Positions 1 through 8,171 of a DNA stretch of 8,425 nt are shown in pieces. Made by a program: the position numbers and the translations under genes. Position 1 is the stretch's first letter. Every line of letters begins with the position of its first letter. The notes beneath the pieces are model-generated. The model made no database searches. It was not told where the DNA came from and saw only the letters and a program-made list of their open reading frames with translations. The DNA is from Zygophlyctis sp. KS116 (lineage: Eukaryota > Fungi > Chytridiomycota), in NCBI GenBank assembly GCA_054661495.1, contig BAAFSQ010000378.1, forward strand, positions 1 to 8,425, read 5' to 3'.

Positions 1-154
1 AATAGTAATGGTGCCAACAAGGATCCCTGAAAGATCCCTGTCTCTCTATAAAATTCATCACTGACAGAGTCGTCGAACCAGGACGCAAGTCTTCCGAGCT
101 TAGGGTTAGAAAAGGAGGAGGAAGAAACAAAGCTTAGGTGGCAAAAAATGAAAG

Positions 155-1137
155 GTATTTAATCAATGCGAGTTTTAAAATGTAGATAAAAATATGGGCA
201 GCCTGACTTTACAACGTCTTTTGGAAGACGAAGCAAATCTGATTATGAACACAACGCGATTAGATTATCAATGATGAAAGGCAAAAAAAACCAGTTTGAA
301 CGAGTTCAGTCGGTTGGAATAATGAGGTTAATTTTAAATACTCTGATTCATAGGCATAAATATGTGGAGTATTGTAGTATCAGTAGTTTAGCCATTCAAT
401 TAGTACATCGTTTTCATATCAAAGGGGAAGAAAAACCTGATTTCAAAAAAGAGAAATTTGGTACAATTCACCACTCCTCAAGATGAACAATGGTCATATT
501 TCATATATTGAACAGAGAAGTGGTGTGATGAAAGCCGTTAAGGAATTTGATAAGAAAAAATCAAATATTCAATTCATGACTCTACTAATAGAATGGTATT
601 CAAAGCAGGAACAGAATGTTAACTTAATCAACTTTTGGAATACAGGCTCAACAAGAATCTAGAGAACGAAAAAATTTCAAAAGATTATTCGAAAACCTTC
701 TGACATATTAGTCTCAGTGGGTATACTCTTTTAACTAACTGAAATTAGAATCAAAGCAGATACTGAAGTTGGAGAAGTCTTTGTCGAAAAAGCTACTTAA
801 AAAATTATTTAGGTTAGGTTAGCGACCGAATGATGACGTCGTCTATATACATAGGATGGCCAGCTCTTCAGTTGTTAAAACCATTCAGTTGGTTTATAGG
901 GATTGGCATCAAGGTTGGGATGGTCGGCCCAGTATAGTTGAATTGGTTAATAATTGCAAGGATTTCTCATGGAGACATAAGGATGATAAAAAACTTTATT
1001 AAAGAAGATATAAAATAATAAGAGAAATTTAGAAATTGGAAGACCAAGGGAAAACAGCCGAATCAGCAATTTTGATTTTGGAATAACGAAGGGGCAAAAT
1101 GGCAATTTCTTCATTTTCTGATAGAATAAAAAATTAA
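155..1137 (+). pseudogene. Degenerate second Crypton YR-GCR1_C gene from a different family
   Basis: MKGKKNQFERVQSVGIMR / 27-nt intron 327-353 / HKYVEYCSISSLAIQLVHRFHIKGEEKPDF, frameshift in the A run near 445-452, then WYNSPLL..ISYIEQRSGVMKA; all align with the intact gene. GCR1_C-like segment at 841-1137 (VKTIQLVYRDWHQGWDGRPSIVEL..WR..LY*RRYKIIREI*..AILILE*RR) has three in-frame stops. No HxxR, GRW or Tyr segment found. 5' limit unclear. Confidence 0.8.
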
Positions 1138-1457
1138 TAATATATGATTAATTATATGGATTATATAGTTGATTAGTTCTTATGAGTAATAATAAAGTAA
1201 TAAACTTATAAAAGTATGTAATATCATCGACACGAAATTGCACTAAGTTTTAGGAATAAAATAGCCGTATCAAGGGGCGGCAAAATTTGCACGGATGACA
1301 TACGGGATACGTTTGGGCCCCAAAAAAAAGCATGTCATGACACAAAATTTGCGCGTTTTGTATGTGGCAATCCTAATTGTCCGAAGTTATTGTGACATTT
1401 TCTATGACCGGGCACAAACGTAAAAAGTCGGCCCGTTTTAGGTACAAATTTAACTGT

Positions 1458-1472
1458 GACGGCGAAGCCGTC
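1458..1472. other. GC-rich mini-hairpin GACGGC-GAA-GCCGTC
   Basis: Perfect 6-bp stem with a GAA loop, about 90 bp past the YR stop codon. Confidence 0.6.
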
Positions 1473-1564
1473 GGAAAATTTATTTTGCATTAGACATTTA
1501 ATATGGGAAAAACAATTTTTAGTTAAGAAATGACAAATAAATAAAACAATTTAGTATTTATTAA

Positions 1565-3957
1565 TTATAAATTTTGTTCTATTTTAAATGATTTTCCAAA
1601 CTGAGATAGAGAGATATTTTTTATTTTCCTTAGTTGCTCCAATGCAACAGAAGCATCATAAAAACTGATGTTCTTGAGCTTAGAATATTCTTGAATAATT
1701 TTTACTACGTCTTTTCTTCTCTTGACTTTTTGTGCTAAAGTATTTGAGCCTTTTCTCCATACTTTTCTGTTATCCTCTATCCATTTGAGTGCAGGACGGT
1801 GATTTAATCCTGCATTTTCAGTGAAAAAAAAATAAATTACCTATGAAAAACTCTGTGTATATATCCATTATCGTGTCCACTTGAGCTAATTCAAAAGTAG
1901 TATCATTCTTGTCCCTCTGAAAGAGTTATAAATAGGAATTTACCTCAATATCAGGATCATCCGTTTCAAGATTAAGTTTCCTCTTGTTTAGATTAACAGT
2001 CACTGATAAATCTAATGTTAAAAAATAATATCACCTTGTTGAGTAATTTCCTTAAGTTCAACGATTTCCTTTCTTAAATACTTAAATTCAGCCATCTGAG
2101 CAGAATGGGTAAATTTAAGGTGAGAAATTACTTTATCATCATTTGAGGAGAGGTTGGTAAGAAATTCAAGATCGTTGGTATTGGATCTTAAACTTTCTTC
2201 CAATCTCTTCTTAAATGACAGATAATGTATTGAATCAAATATTTGGTGTTTAAACACTGAAAAATCAGGATATAAAGCCTGAATGGCGACACAATCTTGG
2301 AAAAATACCTCCCTGAGGTAGTTCAAAAGTTTCAAGTGGCCGTATGTCGCCAAACAAGCAAAAATTTTTCCTGATAATAAGAAAATATAATTTGTACCTT
2401 CATAGTTTTTAAAGATTTCATCTAATTCTGGAAATAACTTTTTCTTCAATTTATCTCCTGGGTCAATTGTGGCCCTAGGCAAGAAGAAACTCCCTGGGTT
2501 TTTGGGAAATCCGGCTATCATCCTGATACCCTGCCAGGGTAGATGATTGACGTATGAATTTACCATAACGTCAGAATTCCATCTACCCACTATGATGTAA
2601 GTTTAATTTAAGCTTACTTTTTCCAATAGTATCAAAATTGAGTCCCAGGTCCGCGAGGCTTCTAGAGGCCACTCCTCTAGAAGCATGAGTGACCTTCCCT
2701 TTAGGGATTCCAGCTTCTAGGAAGGCCTTTTTCATCCCTTTAATAAAATATGATTGAATCTACCTTTATACTGCCCACTTCGGCAGATAGATTTCAAATT
2801 GAGATCTTCTTTACTGTTTTGACTATTTACTTTCTGAGGATTAGATTTTAATAATTTCTTACATTTTTTATTTCCAAAATACTCTCTCTGCTTAACAGCA
2901 GAGGAATATCATACCAGTACTCCTTTTCCGTGAAGTTAGGAAAAGGAGTACTTTCAATGTGGTAAAGTGAAAAAAAATAAAAAGCCAGTGCCCCCACTGG
3001 GCATACTCTCACCTAATTTTAATCAATTCAATTAATTACATCTTTCGAGCGGATAAAACCGCCATATTCTGTTATTCCATCTATTGTTTTTCCTAAAAAT
3101 AACTTATTTCAGAAATACCTTGATTCATGATTAAAACAACAGCTTTCATTTTAGTAGGTCCTTCCTTAGAGGGGCAATCCACAATGCCTAAGTCTGGCAA
3201 TGTGGCATATCTTTTGTTTTCTCCACGGCTTACCAAGTAATGACCGAGCAGAAAATCCAAACGATTTCTGAAGCTGTCATGTTTAGAATCTACAAACTTT
3301 TTAGTATTATATTCGTTACCTTCTTTCATGTAAAACTGAGAAACCTTTAGGAATTGATCGTCATTATAACCATTCAGAATTGTGTTCTGATGACGATCCA
3401 CTTTACAAGTGACGTTTCTAATTATGATGAATTAATGAAATCTTTACCTTTGATGTTCATTTTTTTTATATGCCTTCATGTATGCGGCTATCCTTTGATA
3501 CTTGATTTCAGGTAATTCCTTTTGTACTAATCTTTGTAGATTCGCAAACTTCTTTATGGCTTTTAGGTAGCCATCAAGCCCATTGTAACTAAGAGAGGGG
3601 AATTTTCCGTTTACTTTTTCTCCCCTAGTATTTCCTCTTGGAACTATGCAAGTGTCCAGCCAGGCTAAAATTTTAGCCTCTGTGACATCTAATCCATCTT
3701 CAAAATCATTAGCAAGACACCAATCCTACGAATCACACTTTGATTCAAAATTTACCTTGTATAGTTCAATTTTATGCTGATATGCTGCATTTGTTGAGTC
3801 TTTATTTGCCTTTTCAAATGATAAATTCCTTGCCTCAATGGCTTTTTGTAACATGATAGAATTCCTTTCATTACAACTTGAATCTGCTGCTTGAGTAAAA
3901 TTTATGACTATCTCTTTCAATGTATGATAAAATACCTGATGAGGACGAACTGGACAT
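1565..3957 (-). CDS. Crypton (CryptonF-like) tyrosine recombinase with Ndc10-II-like YR domain and C-terminal GCR1_C domain; 13 exons, about 686 aa
   Basis: Removing GT-AG introns at 3908-3935, 3726-3755, 3418-3447, 3093-3118, 3013-3039, 2834-2862, 2738-2763, 2590-2617, 2371-2397, 2012-2034, 1917-1943 and 1810-1840 gives 2061 nt of open frame. Motifs: LVSRGEN (Arg), NQGKT (Lys), CPVGALAFYFF, YWYDIPLL, KVTHASR (HxxR), MGRWNSDVMVNSY (Trp, Tyr), LPW..RMIAGF, LREVFFQD. GCR1_C-like C-terminus: DTIMDIYTEFFIGLNHRPAL..WRK..RRKDVV..ALEQLR. The first exon/start codon is less certain. Confidence 0.88.
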
Positions 3958-3996
3958 TTTTTCAGGGTAAGGTTGCGCGTTATCAAGATTTCAGCT

Positions 3997-4001
3997 AAAA
4001 T
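3997..4001. repeat. Target site duplication AAAAT, left copy
   Basis: Same 5-mer at 8351-8355; 5 bp is typical for Ty1/copia. Confidence 0.88.
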
Positions 4002-4029
4002 AGTTAATTTTCAAGTTTATAAAACTACT

Positions 4030-4035
4030 TTTATT
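4030..4035 (-). terminator. Candidate polyadenylation signal AATAAA in the 3' LTR; copy at 8214-8219
   Basis: Canonical hexamer about 36 nt downstream of the TATA; AT-rich context limits specificity. Confidence 0.45.
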
Positions 4036-4099
4036 GAAAAAGTTCAAGTGAATCTAATAATAGATTCCTATTTTTATAGTCTTGAGCGGCATGCTAAGC

Positions 4100-4140
4100 C
4101 ATGAAGAAAGAGATCGAACATGAAGAATTGGATCGAACAT
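4100..4140. repeat. 19-bp tandem repeat x2 in LTR U3 (CATGAAGAAnnnGATCGAA); copy at 8284-8324
   Basis: catgaagaaagagatcgaa / catgaagaattggatcgaa / cat; 16 of 19 identical. Confidence 0.85.
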
Positions 4141-4160
4141 CTGAATGAGAAAGTCTAATT

Positions 4161-7100
4161 TTAACTGTCCCTCCGACTTTTAAATTCATGATCACTAACT
4201 ATCCCAAATTTTGTAAGACATGTTCGTAGTAGATGACCAGGCACTCCTTTAGTGAAAATATCAGCAAGTTGATCTTTAGTATTGCAGTAAACCATTTTAA
4301 TCAGTCCTTTCGCTAAATATTCTCGAATTACATGATACTTAACTTGAATGTGCTTAGTTCGCTTGTGATCTTCAGGATTTTTAGCCAACGCTATGCACGC
4401 TTGATTATCTTCAAATAATGTAATCGTTTCCTGTTTGATTCCTAGTTCTCGAAGAAGCTTTTGTAACCAAATACCTTCATTAGCCGCACTAGTAGCAGCA
4501 TAATACTCTGCTTCAGCAGCTGATTGAGCTGGAACAGATTGCTTTTTGGAGTACCAAGAGATGAGTGAACCACCGAGAGTGAATCCGAATCCTGTTCTTG
4601 AACGAAAGTCTGTTTCATTTGCATACGAGGCATCACAATAACCAATTAGCTGAAAGTCCTGATTATCCGATTTGTACAACAATTTCAAATCAATATTTGA
4701 GCGAATATACTGAAGAATCCTTTGTACTAGTTTCAAATGAGTTAATTTAGGTCGATCCAAGAACTGACTAATTACAGAAATAGCACATGCTAAATCTGGT
4801 CGACTACATAGCATTGCATACATAACACTCCCAACAATTTTTCTGTAAGGAAAATTACCAGTGTAAGATTGCTCTGTTTCTGCCTGTTGAAGTAAAGATT
4901 GATAATTGTTTGGTAAAGGACTGGAAATACCTCCATCTGGAATAAATTCTTTAAACTCCTCCAATTTTTGCTTTAGATAGACGATTTGATCTATAGTAAT
5001 TGAGTTATCTGAAAGTTTTTCAATGCAATTTCCGAGATACCATTCAAGCGGTCCTCCAGTTTTTATACCAAAGTGTGATCTTAGTCGTTCCCTAAATATC
5101 TTGACATCAGATTCTTCTCCAACTGTTGCTATATCATCCACATACAATCCAACAACTAAAATGCGATCATTTTCAATTTGCTTAACATATACACAAGGGT
5201 CAGCTTTAGACTGAATAAATCCATATTGATTTAGAAAATCATGTGCAACTTGGTTCCATTCTCTAGGACTTTGTTTCAATCCATATATTGTTTTCTTGAG
5301 ATAACAAAGGTCATTTTTAGCTCCTTGATGAAATCCAGGTGGTTGTTCCATCCAGATTTCCTCTTTTAAATCTCCTCTTAAGAACGCCGTAGGGACATCG
5401 TCTTGATAAATTTCTAATCTTCGTTGAGCAGCAAAAGAAATTAAGGTTCGAAGTGATACAAACTTTAGAACAGGAGAAAACGTTTCAAAATAGTCAAAAC
5501 CATATTTCTGAGTAAAACCTTTAGCAACAAGTCTAGCCTTATATCGAGAAACATTTCCAAATTTGTCAAACTTTTTAGTAAATACCCATCGACACTTAAC
5601 TGGAGATTTAGAGAGTTTAATCGGTGATCTAATTTCATATGTTTCAGCAGATTTAATTGATGACATTTCATCATTCATAGCAGTTATCCATTTTTCTGAT
5701 TCATCACAAGAAATGGCTTCTTCATAAGTATTAGGGCAATTGGCATTCATAGCAGCGCTAAAACACTTCAAAAATTCTGGATTTGAGACACTTTGTATAT
5801 CCAGATTCGTCGATCTGGCCAAGAGAACAAGTGGATCATGTGAAGGTTCTATATCATAACCTCTTGTTGTATCAATATGTCCCATAGTTATTGCATCATC
5901 TAATTTTTCTTCTGAAGTAGAACCTTTAGTAACTATGACTTCATCATCATCAGAATCGTCATCATCATCATATTGAACAACATTTTGAAATAATGAATTT
6001 AACAGTTCTTGATACTGTGAGTTGTCATGAGAAGTTGGTGGTAGACTAGCAATTGGAGTGACTGGTAATTCTGGATAAAACTGTACATCAGTAGAATAAA
6101 ATATTTTCAGATCACTTTCTCTAAGTACTTTGTAACCATGTCTGTATTGAGATCCTTCTTCATCCCCAAAGCCCAAGAAACGACATTTAATTCCAGTTTC
6201 ATCTAGTTTCTTGAAAGTTGTCCTTCTTTCTATTGGCACTTGAATAAAGCATACACATCCGAATGGAAAGATCTTGGTAAGATCAGGTGCCTTTCTGTAT
6301 AAAAGTTCGTAAGGTGACTTTTCTTTCCCTGATCTAATCATCCTGTTGCATACATAAGTAGAATATCGGTGAGCATCACTATAATAGATCATTGGAAGTT
6401 TACTATCAAACAAAGCAGCTTTTCCCAATCGTAATATGGTTTGATGTGCTCTTTCAGCTCTTGGTGGCATATGTTTCCTATAGGCCTGTGCAGTTTCTTT
6501 TACTATGCCGCAAGATAGTAAGAAATCATCAAATACACTTGTAAATTCTGTACCTCCATCCGTTCTTAATCTTTTTATAGAATATTTAGATTGATTTTCC
6601 ACTTGAGTTTTAAAGATACGAAAAAGTTCTAGTACAGAAGAGCTCTTAAGATCAGGTAACCAACCTGTGAAGATAAATCCTGTCGACCGATCAATAAATT
6701 TTACATTGGACCCATATCCATCATAAGATTTGATGGGGAAAACCGTTGAATCAGCTTCTATCATTTCCAGTGGTTTATAGTTGTCTGTGGATGGTTCCTT
6801 TCGAATAGATTTACGTTTTGTCTTTGCCCGTATACAAGATTCGCATTGAATTGTGGATACCTTGTATTTAATATTATTTAAATCAAGGTTTCTTTTGAGA
6901 ATGCTATTACTAAAATGACTTAATCGCTTATGCCAGTAGTTCAAATCATAAATTTTACCAATTCCAGAAGAATAAAGATTGAGCTCTGATGGTTCAATTT
7001 CTATGAGTCCTATTGCTGGATTATAGGTACCTTTCAGGCAGACTTCGTTGTCTTTTGTTACTACAAGTTTGCAATCACTTATATATTGATTAAATCCCAT

Positions 7101-8162
7101 GTTCATAAGCTGTATTCCTGAAAGCAAGTTGTGCTCAAAAGATGGCACCCATATTACATTATCAATATTGATTTTTCCTAGCTTAACATTTCCCACTCCT
7201 TTGGCTTCAACTTTCTGATTTGAAGCTGTTTTTACAGATCCATGATACGGCTTCAAATTCATTGGCTTGTCTTTAAAGTATGATGTAGGAGTACATCCTG
7301 TGTCATAGAAGACGGGAGACACATTCATACACGAATAAGATAAAGAATCCTCTTTATTGGAATTTGCATTCACATCATCGCTATTCGATTCATTTGCTAA
7401 GTTTGTCTTTTGTATCTTTTTCCATCCTTCATTGTCTCCAAAGTAGCAATCTGAAGTGTTGTGTGATTTAGAAAGACGTTTTCTGAATTTCAAGCAGTAA
7501 TCACATTTTTTGGAAGATTTGGCAACTTGATTTGCACTAGCAGCTACCTTCTTTGTTGGATCGAATGGTGAGCGATCTACAGGAAGTTTTTTATTTCGAT
7601 GAGCCTCCCAGTAGTCACAGATCATTGTTTTGATTTCTTCATACTTAAAAGTAGTAGATAGATTCAATGAACCCCTCAAGTTGAACCAAAAATCACCAGT
7701 TTGAAACACAGACGTTGGATTGAGAGACGTTTCCAAGGCAGCCATAATTACTCTTCTAAGGAACAGCTCGTCAGCAGTTCCTCCACATGCTTTTAGAATC
7801 GAAAGCTCCTTGTCTAGCCACAAGAAAACTATTGTTGGATCTTTTTGAACAGGAAAGTCAATAAGATCTAATATCTTTTGCTGTTGTGAGATTGGTTTTA
7901 ATCTCCCATATCCATAAGCATTGTTTAAAAGCACCAAGTTAGTAGCTAATTTCTTTGAGATGTCAAGTGGCTGTATAGCTTCATCCGCGATATGGTTAAG
8001 TAACCATTCAAATGCTTCGGACTCTTTTCCTTCTGTAGTAATAAACTTTCCATCAGTGAACTTTCCCCATTGTTTAATTTTAGCCATGGCTTCAAAACGC
8101 TTAGACCATTCAATGAAGTTAACTTGTCCTCTGAGTTTGAATTTGTTGTTTTCGGTAGTCAT
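4161..8162 (-). CDS. Copia Gag-Pol polyprotein, 1333 aa (Gag, Zn knuckle, aspartic protease, integrase, reverse transcriptase, RNase H)
   Basis: Uninterrupted ORF. Motifs: CDYC..H..C knuckle (7446-7505); FYDTGCT protease (DTG 7296-7304); WHKRLSH...CESC integrase Zn finger; DDE core EAD / RTDGGTEF / RAER; copia RT motifs YKARLVAKGFTQKYGFDYFETFSPV, IYGLKQSPREW and YVDD (5133-5144); RNase H GYCDASYA, AEAEY, EDNQ, KHIQVKYH, QLADIFTK. Confidence 0.97.
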   Translation of the reverse strand: MTTENNKFKLRGQVNFIEWSKRFEAMAKIKQWGKFTDGKFITTEGKESEAFEWLLNHIADEAIQPLDISKKLATNLVLLNNAYGYGRLKPISQQQKILDLIDFPVQKDPTIVFLWLDKELSILKACGGTADELFLRRVIMAALETSLNPTSVFQTGDFWFNLRGSLNLSTTFKYEEIKTMICDYWEAHRNKKLPVDRSPFDPTKKVAASANQVAKSSKKCDYCLKFRKRLSKSHNTSDCYFGDNEGWKKIQKTNLANESNSDDVNANSNKEDSLSYSCMNVSPVFYDTGCTPTSYFKDKPMNLKPYHGSVKTASNQKVEAKGVGNVKLGKINIDNVIWVPSFEHNLLSGIQLMNMGFNQYISDCKLVVTKDNEVCLKGTYNPAIGLIEIEPSELNLYSSGIGKIYDLNYWHKRLSHFSNSILKRNLDLNNIKYKVSTIQCESCIRAKTKRKSIRKEPSTDNYKPLEMIEADSTVFPIKSYDGYGSNVKFIDRSTGFIFTGWLPDLKSSSVLELFRIFKTQVENQSKYSIKRLRTDGGTEFTSVFDDFLLSCGIVKETAQAYRKHMPPRAERAHQTILRLGKAALFDSKLPMIYYSDAHRYSTYVCNRMIRSGKEKSPYELLYRKAPDLTKIFPFGCVCFIQVPIERRTTFKKLDETGIKCRFLGFGDEEGSQYRHGYKVLRESDLKIFYSTDVQFYPELPVTPIASLPPTSHDNSQYQELLNSLFQNVVQYDDDDDSDDDEVIVTKGSTSEEKLDDAITMGHIDTTRGYDIEPSHDPLVLLARSTNLDIQSVSNPEFLKCFSAAMNANCPNTYEEAISCDESEKWITAMNDEMSSIKSAETYEIRSPIKLSKSPVKCRWVFTKKFDKFGNVSRYKARLVAKGFTQKYGFDYFETFSPVLKFVSLRTLISFAAQRRLEIYQDDVPTAFLRGDLKEEIWMEQPPGFHQGAKNDLCYLKKTIYGLKQSPREWNQVAHDFLNQYGFIQSKADPCVYVKQIENDRILVVGLYVDDIATVGEESDVKIFRERLRSHFGIKTGGPLEWYLGNCIEKLSDNSITIDQIVYLKQKLEEFKEFIPDGGISSPLPNNYQSLLQQAETEQSYTGNFPYRKIVGSVMYAMLCSRPDLACAISVISQFLDRPKLTHLKLVQRILQYIRSNIDLKLLYKSDNQDFQLIGYCDASYANETDFRSRTGFGFTLGGSLISWYSKKQSVPAQSAAEAEYYAATSAANEGIWLQKLLRELGIKQETITLFEDNQACIALAKNPEDHKRTKHIQVKYHVIREYLAKGLIKMVYCNTKDQLADIFTKGVPGHLLRTCLTKFGIVSDHEFKSRRDS
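4167..4181 (-). other. Polypurine tract (AAAAGTCGGAGGGAC)
   Basis: Purine-rich run directly upstream of the 3' LTR on the - strand; overlaps the last codons of RNase H. Confidence 0.7.
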
Positions 8163-8171
8163 TTATGCAGT

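Larger units (their letters stand above)
1434..3996 (-). mobile_element. Putative Crypton DNA transposon carrying the YR gene; ends uncertain, 5' part probably continues at 8356-8425 beyond the copia insertion
   Basis: An intron-containing YR + GCR1_C gene is the known architecture of fungal Cryptons. A domesticated copy cannot be excluded from sequence alone. Confidence 0.6.
4002..4166 (-). repeat. 3' LTR (165 bp)
   Basis: Identical to 8186-8350; preceded on the - strand by a purine-rich tract; its first 6 nt (AGT TAA) supply the last codon and stop of the polyprotein. Confidence 0.95.

Noticed and set aside
19-40. Short tandem repeat AAGGATCCCTG/AAAGATCCCTG
   Set aside because: Two 11-bp units only; compatible with chance or slippage.
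1441-1495. Helitron 3' end suggested by the hairpin
   Set aside because: No properly placed CTRR|T terminus on either strand and no Rep/helicase sequence.
3662-3679. 18-bp perfect palindrome AGGCTAAAATTTTAGCCT
   Set aside because: Lies in a coding exon (EAKILAW), has an AT-rich core and occurs once; no evidence of function.
2018-3986. Three separate ORFs (190, 102 and 86 aa) in the track
   Set aside because: They are exon fragments of one spliced YR gene; their listed starts and ends mostly fall in introns or mid-exon.
4442-4645. 67-aa ORF on the - strand
   Set aside because: Alternate frame inside RNase H with no recognisable motifs.
5023-5214. 63-aa ORF on the + strand
   Set aside because: Antisense shadow of the RT coding region.
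5465-5674. 69-aa ORF on the - strand
   Set aside because: Leu-rich off-frame shadow of RT.
5938-5972. (TCA)n microsatellite-like run
   Set aside because: Encodes the acidic Asp-rich linker between IN and RT, which is ordinary for copia.
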